Assembly: GCA_963727895.1 (NCBI GenBank)
Contig: CAVSHT010000004.1
Span: 128,001 to 192,000 of the forward strand
Source of the DNA: an uncultured Methanosarcinaceae archaeon
Lineage (GTDB): Archaea > Halobacteriota > Methanosarcinia > Methanosarcinales > Methanosarcinaceae
Length of the DNA: 64,000 bases
Direction: 5' to 3'
Of this stretch, positions 43,332 through 54,375 are shown in pieces. Numbering within the stretch: the stretch's first letter is position 1; each line of letters opens with the position of its first letter. Made by a program: the position numbers and the translations under genes. Under the pieces are notes generated by a model, which saw nothing but the letters and a program-made list of their open reading frames with translations, was not told the origin of the DNA and ran no database searches.

Positions 43332-43654
43332 TCCTTTTACTTTAATGTAAGTTTCATCAGCTCTCCACAAATCGTGTGTTGGTCTTAAATGTTTTCTGAT
43401 CTTCGTTTCTATTTAAGGGGAATATTGATTCATCCATCTCATTATTGTACTGTGATCAACTTGAATTCTTCTTTCTATCATCATTTCCTTTAAATTTCTG
43501 TAGCTCAATGGTATCTTAAGTACTCATCTTACGTTCAATAAGATAACTTCACCTACAAAGTGTTTTCATTTAAAGGAATTAAATAGCATATTACTGCTTT
43601 TTATTTCCTTTTTATTTTAGTATATCCCTAGCAGATATTTTTTGCGACGGACTC
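43332..43654 (-). mobile_element. degenerate IS6 5' remnant
   Basis: Homologous to the IS6 transposase N-terminus; end ttttttgcgacggactc. Confidence 0.7.
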
Positions 43655-43791
43655 CTATATATCAATAATATATTTCAATGCATGTATATATATAACATGA
43701 GCTCTATATATAAGTATTAAAAGATATACTGTTATAGTATTTTCTATTTTTAGAGTGATTAAGCTACTGAAAAATAACATGAGGAATATTT

Positions 43792-43980
43792 ATGGAGTTT
43801 ATAGATTCTTCGATAACATTTAAGCAAAAAAATTTAGTAATAAAGTCTCTTAATTATATGGAGAGGCATAAAAAAATTAGTCAGTGTTGCAAAGAACATT
43901 GCAAAAAGAGCTGGACTGACTTATCCTTTGATGAGGCAAATAACTTAATCCAGATGCTTGACAAGATGGCTTGGAGGTAA
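43792..43980 (+). CDS. hypothetical small protein
   Basis: GAGG RBS, 62 aa. Confidence 0.4.
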   Translation: MEFIDSSITFKQKNLVIKSLNYMERHKKISQCCKEHCKKSWTDLSFDEANNLIQMLDKMAWR

Positions 43981-43992
43981 CTATTCTGATTG

Positions 43993-44035
43993 GTGCAAAA
44001 AATCTGATTTTGTAACAAAGCCAGATTTTTTGCAC
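43993..44035. repeat. 43-bp hairpin derived from MITE family A ends
   Basis: GTGCAAAAAATCTG / CAGATTTTTTGCAC perfect 14-bp IR. Confidence 0.65.
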
Positions 44036-44078
44036 AACGGAAAAAGGACTAATAGGATGCAAAACAAACAGTGATATC

Positions 44079-44324
44079 ATGTTACCTGAAAAAATGGCTC
44101 GGCAAATGTACGCGAAGAATCGTGAAAAGATAATTCAACATGCACGAAACGCACGGCGTGGATACTTTATTGTGAATTTTTATAATAATTATGATGTGAA
44201 AATAAGCTCTGAGAAAGATGATAAATCAGAGTTCAGCTTTCTCATACCTAGCGCGCTTGAATTTCTAGATGTTAAGTTTAACAAAGCATTGACTGATTAT
44301 CTTACTTATGGTAAAAATTATTAA
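44079..44324 (+). CDS. hypothetical protein
   Basis: 81-aa ORF, GTGAT upstream. Confidence 0.45.
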   Translation: MLPEKMARQMYAKNREKIIQHARNARRGYFIVNFYNNYDVKISSEKDDKSEFSFLIPSALEFLDVKFNKALTDYLTYGKNY

Positions 44325-44448
44325 TAAGCCTTTGACTCAGGCGAAATAAGGAAGAATGGACACAACGTCTAAGAGGAAACTATAGTCACAAAAAGGTAGT
44401 GTATCAATTTTTCTGTAAATTTACCCTACGGTTTATGCATAGGTTTTG

Positions 44449-44600
44449 TGGTTCCATTGCAAAAAAAATAGTTCTGCAATTTGACACTATAATTTTCACC
44501 TTTTTCATATCAGTTTCTCCTGTATAAAAATGATTAACTTTCCGAATTGTGATGGTTTTTACTGATTTTGTGAATAAGCCATATTTTTTGCAACGGAACC
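44449..44600. mobile_element. IS6-type MITE family A, 152 bp
   Basis: TIRs ggttccattgcaaaaaa / ttttttgcaacggaacc. Confidence 0.85.
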
Positions 44601-44698
44601 CGGAGTTCAAAATAAGGTTCAGTATAAAGCATGGCTGACCTGGAAAAGGTTATAACATGCTTGTGCAACGAATTGATTGAACCTAAACAGGAGCAGAA

Positions 44699-44823
44699 GA
44701 AAAAAATTCAGAATTTCTGGAGATCAATTTAGAAGTAGATGGTAGAGTTTTGAGTCCCTATTCTCAAATCCCTACCTGCGATCCAACCCAAAGATTAAGA
44801 AGAAACCCTATTACTCTTAATCT
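44699..44823 (-). ncRNA. candidate two-hairpin small RNA, copy 2
   Basis: TATA-like box about 44846-44853, same core as 35597-35677 with compensatory changes, oligo-T tail. Confidence 0.65.
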
Positions 44824-45018
44824 ATACATTTATAATAGCACGGTTATATATATCATCATTGATATCAAAAATTGTTTCTAATTTAAAATTGCAATATAAT
44901 TAAATAATTATATTACATAACATATTTTAATGGTGTAAAAATAAAATGCATTAAATTATATTTCGTTTAAAAACAATTTATTAGATAACTTATTTAATAT
45001 AATTTATAATATTGCTAT

Positions 45019-45156
45019 GTGCTGGAGTTGGGAAATCGAGATGGGGTATCACCAAAGTAAAAGAATCTCCTTGAGGTTGCTGATCTTTCTTCGAACCTTT
45101 GCTTGGGGGAGCATAACTTCGGGAGACTGTATTGGGGGATACAGTAGCTACAGCAC
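45019..45156 (+). ncRNA. candidate structured RNA with UGGGGG-loop hairpins
   Basis: GC-rich island closed by GTGCTG/CAGCAC; two hairpins with the same TGGGGG loop. Confidence 0.45.
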
Positions 45157-45609
45157 TTCTGGGCTTCTTCTTGCATTACATCTTTAATTTGACATAAGTT
45201 GTCAATTTATATAGTGATTCCTTACAAAAACACTTTCTGTCGGCATAGAATTTTTTGGAAAAATGAAACTATCAAAAATCAAAGAATGTAGTCTATAAAT
45301 TACAGTTGTAACAAAATATAACCATGTGGCTGATTTATTCATCATAATATTTATGTTTCTGTCAAATTAGGGTTTCATATTCAAGACTCTGTATCAAATT
45401 TAAAAATGAAAATTCAAGGATTTTATTCATGAAATATCTGAAAATATGTCCAAAATGAAATGCTAACCTGAAATTGCATTCAGATGGTGAGACTCAGTGT
45501 GATATTTGCAGTTACTGGACAAAAGTAGGTACAACAAAACTTGATCCAATTATTTTACGGATGAGGAGTTTGCATGAAGAATACCTAGATTTTTGATATC
45601 TTCTGGTCG

Positions 45610-45840
45610 TCATTGATTTTGTGAATGTTCACCACGGACTTTTTTTAACTGGTAAATACTGGATCTACTCAGCCCTGTCTTTTTTGTGATCTCAGTTTGT
45701 AGCATATCTCTATCAACATATAGCATGAAAAGTTTAAGTTTTTTAATAGATTTCAAATCCAATCCGGTTTCTTCAATCTTCGTACCGTTCAAAACCTCTC
45801 GATAAGCATCGGCTACGCTCATCACCTTAAAATTCCCCAC
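45610..45840 (-). CDS. small HTH protein downstream of the recombinase
   Basis: QTEITKKTGLSRSSIYQL helix-turn-helix; overlaps the recombinase stop. Confidence 0.65.
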   Translation of the reverse strand: MGNFKVMSVADAYREVLNGTKIEETGLDLKSIKKLKLFMLYVDRDMLQTEITKKTGLSRSSIYQLKKVRGEHSQNQ

Positions 45841-46352
45841 TCAGTAAGTCTCTTTTCAATATCTTTCATTTCATAATCTGTAAAACTTAAACTCTGATAG
45901 TGCCTTAATGACGTTACTGGGTCGTGTCCCTGTCTACTGTAAATCTCAATTTCCGGTATTCCAGCTTTAAGCATCCATGACTCTATTGTTTTCCTGGGAG
46001 TCTTCGGGCCGACTTTCGGGCTTATATCTGCTTTCTCAGACCACCTGCTAAGGTTATCCCACCAACTTGTACGATCTGGAGGTCTTCTACCTTCCTGAAA
46101 TGCCTTAATTAGATATGGAAAAGTAGTGGGAAGTTTGTCAATAGTGCGCTTTGGTGCTTTCTGTTTAACCTTCTTCTGAGCTTCCTTTGGGAGTATAATT
46201 TGATTCCTGCTCTCAATGTACCATGATGGATTATAATATAATCTTTGTAATTCGACATAGCGAAGTCCCGTAATTGTGTTAAGTTCAAAAATAAGCTTAA
46301 ACTTTGCAGGTATCGCCTTAACAAATCGATCATACTCTTCGACAGTTAACAC
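45822..46352 (-). CDS. small tyrosine recombinase (catalytic domain only)
   Basis: TGLRYVEL, TPRKT, RQGHD, LRHY; true start probably slightly upstream across an A-tract shift. Confidence 0.82.
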   Translation of the reverse strand: MLTVEEYDRFVKAIPAKFKLIFELNTITGLRYVELQRLYYNPSWYIESRNQIILPKEAQKKVKQKAPKRTIDKLPTTFPYLIKAFQEGRRPPDRTSWWDNLSRWSEKADISPKVGPKTPRKTIESWMLKAGIPEIEIYSRQGHDPVTSLRHYQSLSFTDYEMKDIEKRLTEWGILR

Positions 46353-46759
46353 TTTTAGTGCCGTCTGCTGTTATTAATCCATTTTCTATAAAAATCCCTT
46401 CAAAAAATAGTATACCAACGTTCTATAAATACGTTGGTTTTTATACTTTGTTTTCTAACCCAGTATTAAAAAGATATTTAATTTTTACTCGTTGCTGCCA
46501 TTTTTGCTCTGGCACCATAATCAGAAATACGAACTTTCGAAGTTAAAAACGTTCATATATCAAAAAAGTACAAAGTACGTATACTTTCTTCTTTGGGTAC
46601 TGTGTTGATGAGGTTTAATCTCTTTATAGAGATCACCAAATGCCGAAAATTTATCCAAGACCCCATAGACTACATGTACTCTACTCTTCGAATAGGGCTA
46701 AGTTCCAACTGCGAATAAAATCTACTAAAGATCTATAACACCTAATGGCGATTATATAT

Positions 46760-47030
46760 ATGAACATTGAGCAGAAAAAAATAATAGAAAAATCGATTTT
46801 ATTTAGTGTCATATTTATTGTCTCAACTATATTTATATACTACATTTTTTTTTGCACAATTTGTGCCAACTTCTTATTCTCATACAGTGGAATATGCAAA
46901 TGGAACAAATGGAACAAATGTAACAACGTATGTTGACTCCGCAACAGATTTATATGAAAATATTTTTGTCCTGGTTTCAGGCATCATCGGTTGTGCTTTA
47001 GGAATTATATCTACTAGAATAATTAAATGA
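46760..47030 (+). pseudogene. small two-TM membrane protein split by a shift in a T-tract
   Basis: ORFs 46745 and 46806 join at the T9 run near 46845. Confidence 0.45.
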
Positions 47031-47122
47031 CTGATTGTACTAAACTCCCAATTGACTTAAGTGATCTATAACTGTCATAGTCTTTTTTTCAAAAAGACTT
47101 ATATTTTCCATTTAGTAACACC

Positions 47123-47981
47123 GGTTCCGTTGCAAAAAATCTCAGAATAAGCATGTAAATCCATAATCAATAACCAAAAGTACAAATATTCAAAAAGATG
47201 TGTCAATATTATAGAACTATTCCAAATAATTGATTAATATATTTAGCTTCATTAAAGCCAGAGTAATTTAGGTTTTTGATTTGTCCTTTTTTAATCATAT
47301 TCATAGCTTCAATTCCTTTTAAAGTCTTAATAGCTGTGTTAAAAGACTGAAATCCTAACATTGGATTAACTATTCGTTTAATGGATCTATGATCTTGTTC
47401 TATAATGTTATTCAAATACTTGATTTGTCGAATGCCTACGTTTATAGGTAGTATTTTATCATTTTTCAGTTTATCTATAGCAGGTGGATAAGCTGGATTT
47501 TTATCAACTGTGATTACTCTTGGAATTTGATTATGATTAGAATTCAAAGCTTTCTTAAAGAAACGTTTTGCTGCTTTTTGATCTCGTTTTGCACTTAACA
47601 TGAAATCAATTGTATCTCCATTTGAGTCAACTGCTCGGTAAAAATATTTCCATTTACCTTTAACTCTGATGTAAGTTTCATCAACTCTCCAAGAGTCGTT
47701 TGTTGGTCTTAAATGCCTTCTTACCTTCTTTTCGATTTCAGGAGAGTATTGATGTACCCATCTCATAATATGGTTGTATGGTTGACTATTACTCCCCTTT
47801 CTGCCATCATTTCCTCTAAATTTCTATAACTTACTGGATATTTTAGGTACCATCTGACGTTTAATAAAATGATTTCTCCTTCGTAATGTTTCCACTTAAA
47901 GGAATTAGATAGCATATTATCGTTCTATTGATTTTCTCCTTATTCAATTGAATCCTTATTATGATTTTTTGCAACAGAACC
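47123..47981 (-). mobile_element. IS6-family element, both ends present, frameshifted transposase
   Basis: IRs ggttccgttgcaaaaaa / ttttttgcaacagaacc; DDE motifs. Confidence 0.93.
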
Positions 47982-48144
47982 AAACAATATCTCTCCAGAT
48001 ATATGCGGTTTTTAACTTTTCAGAAAAACTCTCAATAGATAGAACATGCTCCTGTAAATATAAATATTATACTATAATTATAATACTCACCGAATAACAT
48101 AGAGATATTTCCAAATTAGAAATAGAAATGGGGGATGGGAACAT

Positions 48145-49362
48145 ATGACAAAAAAGAGTATTTTATACTTAGTATCCTTTACTTCAGCAATCCTTGTTTG
48201 TTTTTTAATCATCGGCTCATCGGCTACCCTGGCAACTAACGAACAAAATGTATCACATAAAGATTCATCAAACAATAGTAAATTTCCGTATCCGCGTGGT
48301 ACAGTCCCACCATATGGATATATGGGATGCGAAGCAGATAACACATGCATATCAGGTAACGCAAAGCTTGTTCACTTTGGATGGACAGCTTCTATAACTC
48401 CACAAGAATTTGTTGATAATGTTACAAAAGCCAAAAAGTTGGGGGTTTCAAATTATCTAATCGTTCCCGGTGGTCCAGAAATGAGTAGCGAAAATTTCTG
48501 GAAAGAAGTCAAAGAGCTGGGAGTTACTGATAAAGATTTCTTTGGGGTTTATTTCCCTGACGAACCAACCGATCCTGCTAAAATCATTGCCATGCATGAA
48601 GCTATGAAAAAATATTTCCCCAATACTGTTGCTGGCGATTATTTAGGTGATATGGCAAGTAATGGAAGTACAAAATTTATTCCAGGCCTGGATATTGCCT
48701 TTTTTACCGGATATACGATATTTCATGACCGTCCACACGCCTGGACTTATGGCAACCTTATTACTAATGAACCTGCCTGGAAAAAAGCAGGAAAAACAGT
48801 GTACTTAACAACAGAAACATTTGGGAATGCCTGCAAAATAAATTCATCCAATCCAGACTTAAATACTTCACAAAAAGTGAGTGATCGACAGACAAGTCAG
48901 ATCGTTATGGGTATTTTGGGAGGGGCTCAGGGTGTTTTCTCATATGCAAATAAATATGCAAAAGATACTCCTTGCGATACTGGATGGGCTAGCTTCAGGC
49001 CAAGATATGAACAGGTCTGGCCCTGGATAATAAACGGAAACAGGACACTTCTGACAACAAAAGTAACCAGCGGCAGAACAAACATAAATTCAGATCCTGG
49101 TGGCACAATTTCTGCAGTTACAGCTTACATCTTTACCGATGCAGACGGTAGGAAATTAGTTGCATCATCCAGTATGCTCGATTTTATTGAAGCAAATGGT
49201 GTGGTGAATAAGGCAACAATTACCGGCGTGCCAAACGGAATATATGATGTCTTATGGGAAAACAGAACCGTGAATATTACCGATGGGGCAATTAAAGACA
49301 CCTGGAAACCATATAAGTATCATTTTTACCAGTTAAAAGTAAATGATACTGGTAAAGAGTAA
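48145..49362 (+). CDS. secreted hypothetical protein, possibly glycoside hydrolase-like
   Basis: Signal peptide, YFPDEP, GAQGVFSY, C-terminal beta-sandwich-like segment. Confidence 0.6.
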   Translation: MTKKSILYLVSFTSAILVCFLIIGSSATLATNEQNVSHKDSSNNSKFPYPRGTVPPYGYMGCEADNTCISGNAKLVHFGWTASITPQEFVDNVTKAKKLGVSNYLIVPGGPEMSSENFWKEVKELGVTDKDFFGVYFPDEPTDPAKIIAMHEAMKKYFPNTVAGDYLGDMASNGSTKFIPGLDIAFFTGYTIFHDRPHAWTYGNLITNEPAWKKAGKTVYLTTETFGNACKINSSNPDLNTSQKVSDRQTSQIVMGILGGAQGVFSYANKYAKDTPCDTGWASFRPRYEQVWPWIINGNRTLLTTKVTSGRTNINSDPGGTISAVTAYIFTDADGRKLVASSSMLDFIEANGVVNKATITGVPNGIYDVLWENRTVNITDGAIKDTWKPYKYHFYQLKVNDTGKE

Positions 49363-49534
49363 ACTCTTAATGTTACCAAAGATCCTTTTCAGATCTCCTT
49401 GAGATTTACCAGTTCTTTCGTAGGGAGTTGCAGATATGTCCCTGCCAACTTTCAGTATAATTTTTGAAAGCTAAACATTTATTAACACTTGAGGATGTAA
49501 TGATTACTACAGGTAAAATCAGGAGGTTATTAAA

Positions 49535-49891
49535 TTGAATGCAGAACAGTACATTGAGAAACAAGAACACAACCAAAAGAGCGATGAAGAAGAAGTTGAA
49601 CGAATAAAGGCAGAACTCGAGATGGCCACAGAGAGAATTGCATACTTTGAAAATATAATAAATTCCGCAGCTGAATTAAGGAAATTAGCAGAAGTTAAGA
49701 TTCTCGAGACGGAATCTAAAAAACTGGATACAATCACCAATAAATTGTCTTCACAAATTCAAAGTATTGGCGAACTGGTAAGAAAAGCAGAAAGCCGACG
49801 AGAAGAAGCGGTGAACAAACTGCTTGATGCAGAAGTCAGATTGATAATGGTAGAAAATAAGATATTACATGCAAAAGTTGCAAATTTTTGA
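49535..49891 (+). CDS. coiled-coil hypothetical protein
   Basis: AGGAGGT RBS, heptad-rich sequence. Confidence 0.6.
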   Translation: MNAEQYIEKQEHNQKSDEEEVERIKAELEMATERIAYFENIINSAAELRKLAEVKILETESKKLDTITNKLSSQIQSIGELVRKAESRREEAVNKLLDAEVRLIMVENKILHAKVANF

Positions 49892-50391
49892 AGATAGATT
49901 TACCGCATGTATTGTTTAAAAATACATTAATGGCAAATTTTTAGAGTTCATCAGAAACAACGAACTAAACTAAAAACACAGATAATAAACAGTAATTTAA
50001 AACATATTTCCTCCTATATATGTAAATCAGGCATAGAGTATGTTCTTGGCTAACTTGAAGGCTTTGTAGAAAACCTATCTAAATCAATTCCAGGAAACTG
50101 GAAAAGAAACAAGTAAAAATGTATCAGGCATTTGTTTTAAATTAATAAAAGGTTTTAGTTCAGAGGATTCCTACAGAGCCGAAATTTCCATAAATAACCT
50201 TACAAAAGGAACGCTTTTTGACTTTATAATAAAACCAAATTTTGTTTTATCATAATAAAACAACAGTTTCAAGAATTCACATGTATCAGTTTGACTTAAC
50301 TTTTACTTATCAAACTTTGCTTAAATTTAGAAGAGTGTAGTTTGCCTGTATATTTTTTCTCTGTCAAAGTGTTTTTCGTGAGAATAATTTA

Positions 50392-51131
50392 GGCATTGAT
50401 ACTTAAACATAGTTATATACTATTAGAAAGTATATTTCTTCATGAACTGCCCCAGATGCAATAGTTCCAGTCACAAAAAGAACGGTATAGTTGGTGGTCG
50501 TCAACGCCACAAATGCCATAATTGTGGATATAACTATACAGTAGAGCTAAAATCAACTGCTTTTTCCGCCTCTGTTAAAAGACAGGCTTTACAACTTTAC
50601 CTTGAAGGATTAGGCTTTCGTTCAATAGGAAGAGTTTTAGGGGTGAGTCATGTTTCTGTCCAAAGATGGATCAAGAAATTTGGTCAGGAGTTAGAGGACC
50701 TAAAAAGTGAAAATGAGATATCTATTGTTGAAATGGATGAGATGCACACTTACATCGGTAACAAAAAAAATATTGCTGGATCTGGATTGCTGTTGATAGA
50801 GATGGGAAAAAGTTCATCAACTGCTCTTTTGGTAGCAGAGGAACGGAAACTGGAAAACTACTCAGGGAAAAAGTGAAGAAAAAAGAGATTGGAGAAGTGA
50901 TGACCGATCACTGGAGAGCATATGCAGAGTTTATTCCAGAAAAGATCCATACTCAATCCAAAGCAGAAACGTATACTGTTGAAGGATATAACAGCATATT
51001 GAGGCACTTTTTGGCAAGGTTGAGAAGAAAGACAAAGTGTTATACGAAGAGTCTTGAAATGCTAAAGTACTCGGTAATTCCATTGATGAAATAAAGAAAT
51101 AAAGAACTAGATATAGTTAAGTAACAATACC
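50392..51131 (+). mobile_element. IS1-family element
   Basis: TIRs ggcattg / caatacc; premature TAA near the 3' end. Confidence 0.9.
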
Positions 51132-51947
51132 GAAATTCTAATACCAAACAATCAAATAAAGATAATTTATGATGAAGTTATATATAAAATAACTCTCAGA
51201 ACGCTGCATGAGCTTTTTGAATCTGATCTGGCAAGCGCGATTGATACCATTTCTTTCAATGGCTGGGTAAAATCAATAAATAAAGCGACAGGTAAAGAAG
51301 AAAACAACTGCATTTTAAGCATACAAGCAAAGAAAGAAGAATTCATAGACATAGACTTATCAAACGTTGATCCCAAGACCTGCTTTAAGAGCTTAAAGGG
51401 AGTTGCAAGTAGCAAATTAAGTACTCTAACACCGATTCAGCCGATTTTACAAATTAGCAGAGAGGACAAACGATTTGTAGATAGCTATGAAGTCGAGGAT
51501 AAAATTGATAATTCAACTAATCTCGCTGCAATGGACTGGGAAGAATTTGAGCACTTGATTAGGGAACTATTTGAAAGAGAATTCAAAGTCAATGGTGGAG
51601 AAGTAAAAGTAACGCAAGCCAGTAGGGATGGCAGTGTAGATGCTATAGCTTTCGACCCTGACCCTATTAGAGGCGGAAAAATAGTAATTCAAGCAAAGAG
51701 ATACACAAATCCAGTTGGAGTTTCAGCAGTAAGAGACTTATACGGAACTATTTTAAATGAAGGCGCAACAAAAGGAATACTGGTAACTACTTCAGATTAT
51801 GGGTCCGATTCATACGATTTCGCAAAGGGTAAACCATTAACACTATTGAAAGGTTCAAACCTATTATACCTTCTTGAAAAACATGGAACCCATGCAAAAA
51901 TTGACTTGCGAGAAGCAAAAAGAATATTGAAAGAAAATAGTGAGTAG
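51132..51947 (+). pseudogene. Mrr-like restriction endonuclease, N-terminus lost at IS1
   Basis: Open frame from the IS1 end (LRTLHELFESD, FNGWV) into FEHLI..LF, D.SVDA, IVIQAKRY. Confidence 0.82.
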
Positions 51948-52249
51948 TCACCAGATATTCTTGATAGATAACATATTCTTTACTTTTTACCCTCATATAA
52001 TTGAATTTGATACTATGCTGTGTTTCCTTTATGTGAAGCTTTGCCTCTAATCTAGAACATGAGCTTTCAAATGCTTTTTCCCATTGAGGTTGCTGCTTAT
52101 TAATTACGTCCTTTTCTATGCCTATTGTCTCCCTTTAATTAAAATTTATTTAATCCTGTTGTATCCAACTGATTGTTTTTTTTAGAGAAATTTATATTAC
52201 TTAGAACATCTCTCATAAATAAGCAATTTTTGCATTAAGATGTGATAGT

Positions 52250-52689
52250 ATGGAGAGTTTGTCTACAGGGATAGAAGGGTTGGATACGTTAATGGATGGA
52301 GGTTTCCCTAAAGGAAAAAGTATTCTGGTCACAGGTCCTCCAGGTGCCGGGAAAACTATTCTTGGGATTCATTTTCTTCACAGAAGCTGCGAAAGAGGAA
52401 AAAAGTGCATACTTATCCTTACAAGAGAACTTACGGAAGATATTCTCAGTCAATCCAGAAATCTCAATCTTGACCTCAAACCTTTTCTGGCAAATGGACA
52501 GCTCAGTATTAAAAATATCTTTGAAGACAAAATAAATAAAATCAAAAGCGCTTCCAAATTTCGGAAAGGACTCTGCGCTGTGGATACAGATATAATAGAA
52601 TACCTCAGTTCCATATCTTCTGAAGTAGATTTAATGGTTATCGACAATATCGGAGTAATGGCTATAAATCACGATATAAGAGAATTTGC
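52250..52689 (+). pseudogene. KaiC/RAD55-like ATPase truncated by IS6
   Basis: STGIEGLD, GPPGAGKT, MVIDN; remainder of the ORF-track call is IS6 sequence. Confidence 0.85.
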
Positions 52690-53546
52690 GGTTCTGTTGC
52701 AAAAAATCATAATAAGGATTCAATTGAATAAGGAGAAAATCAATAGAACGATAATATGCTATCTAATTCCTTTAAGTGGAAACATTACGAAGGAGAAATC
52801 ATTTTATTAAACGTCAGATGGTACCTAAAATATCCAGTAAGTTATAGAAATTTAGAGAAAATGATGGCAGAGAGGGGAGTAGAAGTTGATCACAGTACTA
52901 TCATGAGATGGGTACATCAATACTCTCCTGAAATCGAAAAGAAGGTAAGAAGGCATTTAAGACCAACAAACGACTCTTGGAGAGTTGATGAAACTTACAT
53001 CAGAGTTAAAGGTAAATGGAAATATTTTTACCGAGCAGTTGACTCAAATGGAGATACAATTGATTTCATGTTAAGTGCAAAACGAGATCAAAAAGCAGCA
53101 AAACGTTTCTTTAAGAAAGCTTTGAATTCTAATCATAATCAAATTCCAAGAGTAATCACAGTTGATAAAAATCCAGCTTATCCACCTGCTATAGATAAAC
53201 TGAAAAATGATAAAATACTACCTATAAACGTAGGCATTCGACAAATCAAGTATTTGAATAACATTATAGAACAAGATCATAGATCCATTAAACGAATAGT
53301 TAATCCAATGTTAGGATTTCAGTCTTTTAACACAGCTATTAAGACTTTAAAAGGAATTGAAGCTATGAATATGATTAAAAAAGGACAAATCAAAAACCTA
53401 AATTACTCTGGCTTTAATGAAGCTAAATATATTAATCAATTATTTGGAATAGTTCTATAATATTGACACATCTTTTTGAATATTTGTACTTTTGGTTATT
53501 GATTATGGATTTACATGCTTATTCTGAGATTTTTTGCAACGGAACC
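52690..53546 (+). mobile_element. IS6-family element with intact 234-aa transposase (52756-53460)
   Basis: Both IRs; FKWKHY, WRVDETY, VDK, IEQDHR. Confidence 0.95.
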
Positions 53547-53890
53547 GAAAGGTCAGTACGGTTTATAGGAAAAGGTTTGCTATTGAATCTTCCTACAGGA
53601 TGAGGAATATAGTTAAGCCAAAGACCTCATCAAAAAACGCTATTATCAGGTATTTTTATGCAATGATATCTTTTCTCCTAAAAAATACATGGTTATACAT
53701 TCAGAAAAAACATTTTACAATCGTCAAGAGAGGACCACAGGTGATAGATGAGGATAAATTCAGATTTGAAGTATTTATACTTCTGATTGAGGAATGGCTC
53801 AGACAGAAGTTAAGAGTAAGGACAATAGTAAGGTGTTTGAGATAAGTGGAGGAAAAGGAAAAGTGGAGGAAAGATTTTAGCGAACTACTG
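53547..53890 (+). mobile_element. ISH3-type transposase 3' fragment and right IR
   Basis: YRKRFAIESSYR motif; end reads CAGTAGTTCG on the minus strand. Confidence 0.78.
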
Positions 53891-54375
53891 AACTTCGTCA
53901 TTTCACCGTATTTTTGAACTATTTCTCCGTCTAATTCTTCCATGAAATTCGGGTTTTGTGATATGAAATATCTGAAATCTTCAGCAACAATCAAATCATT
54001 ATAAAAGTTACAAATTTTTATCGACAGATTGTAATCCAATTTGGGTAGATCATGTTGGTATATAAAATATAAACCAGTTTTTATGTTGTAAAATGGATAA
54101 GGAGGGTAATGCGGTGTTGGAGTGTTCCCGATATTTTCCTTACAAAATGTTGTAGATTTTTCCTCGGTGTAAAGTTTATAAGCAGTGAAAAAATATGGAG
54201 AATTCTGTATAGTTTTAATGTCTAGCTTAAAAGCTTTGGCAACATTTTTTGTTTCGTTTTTTAATTGGGTTTTAATCGCATTTTGTGAACCAAGATACGA
54301 CCAATACCCTCCCACACACGCTCCTATTAATACAAGAATTGCGAGTATGAAATCTGTAAAAGAAAATTCTGACAT
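53891..54375 (-). pseudogene. membrane-anchored hypothetical protein, C-terminus cut by ISH3 end
   Basis: N-terminal TM; ORF runs into the IS IR. Confidence 0.55.

Noticed and set aside
47123..53546. Composite IS6 transposon
   Set aside because: Flanking 8-mers match neither directly nor as reverse complements
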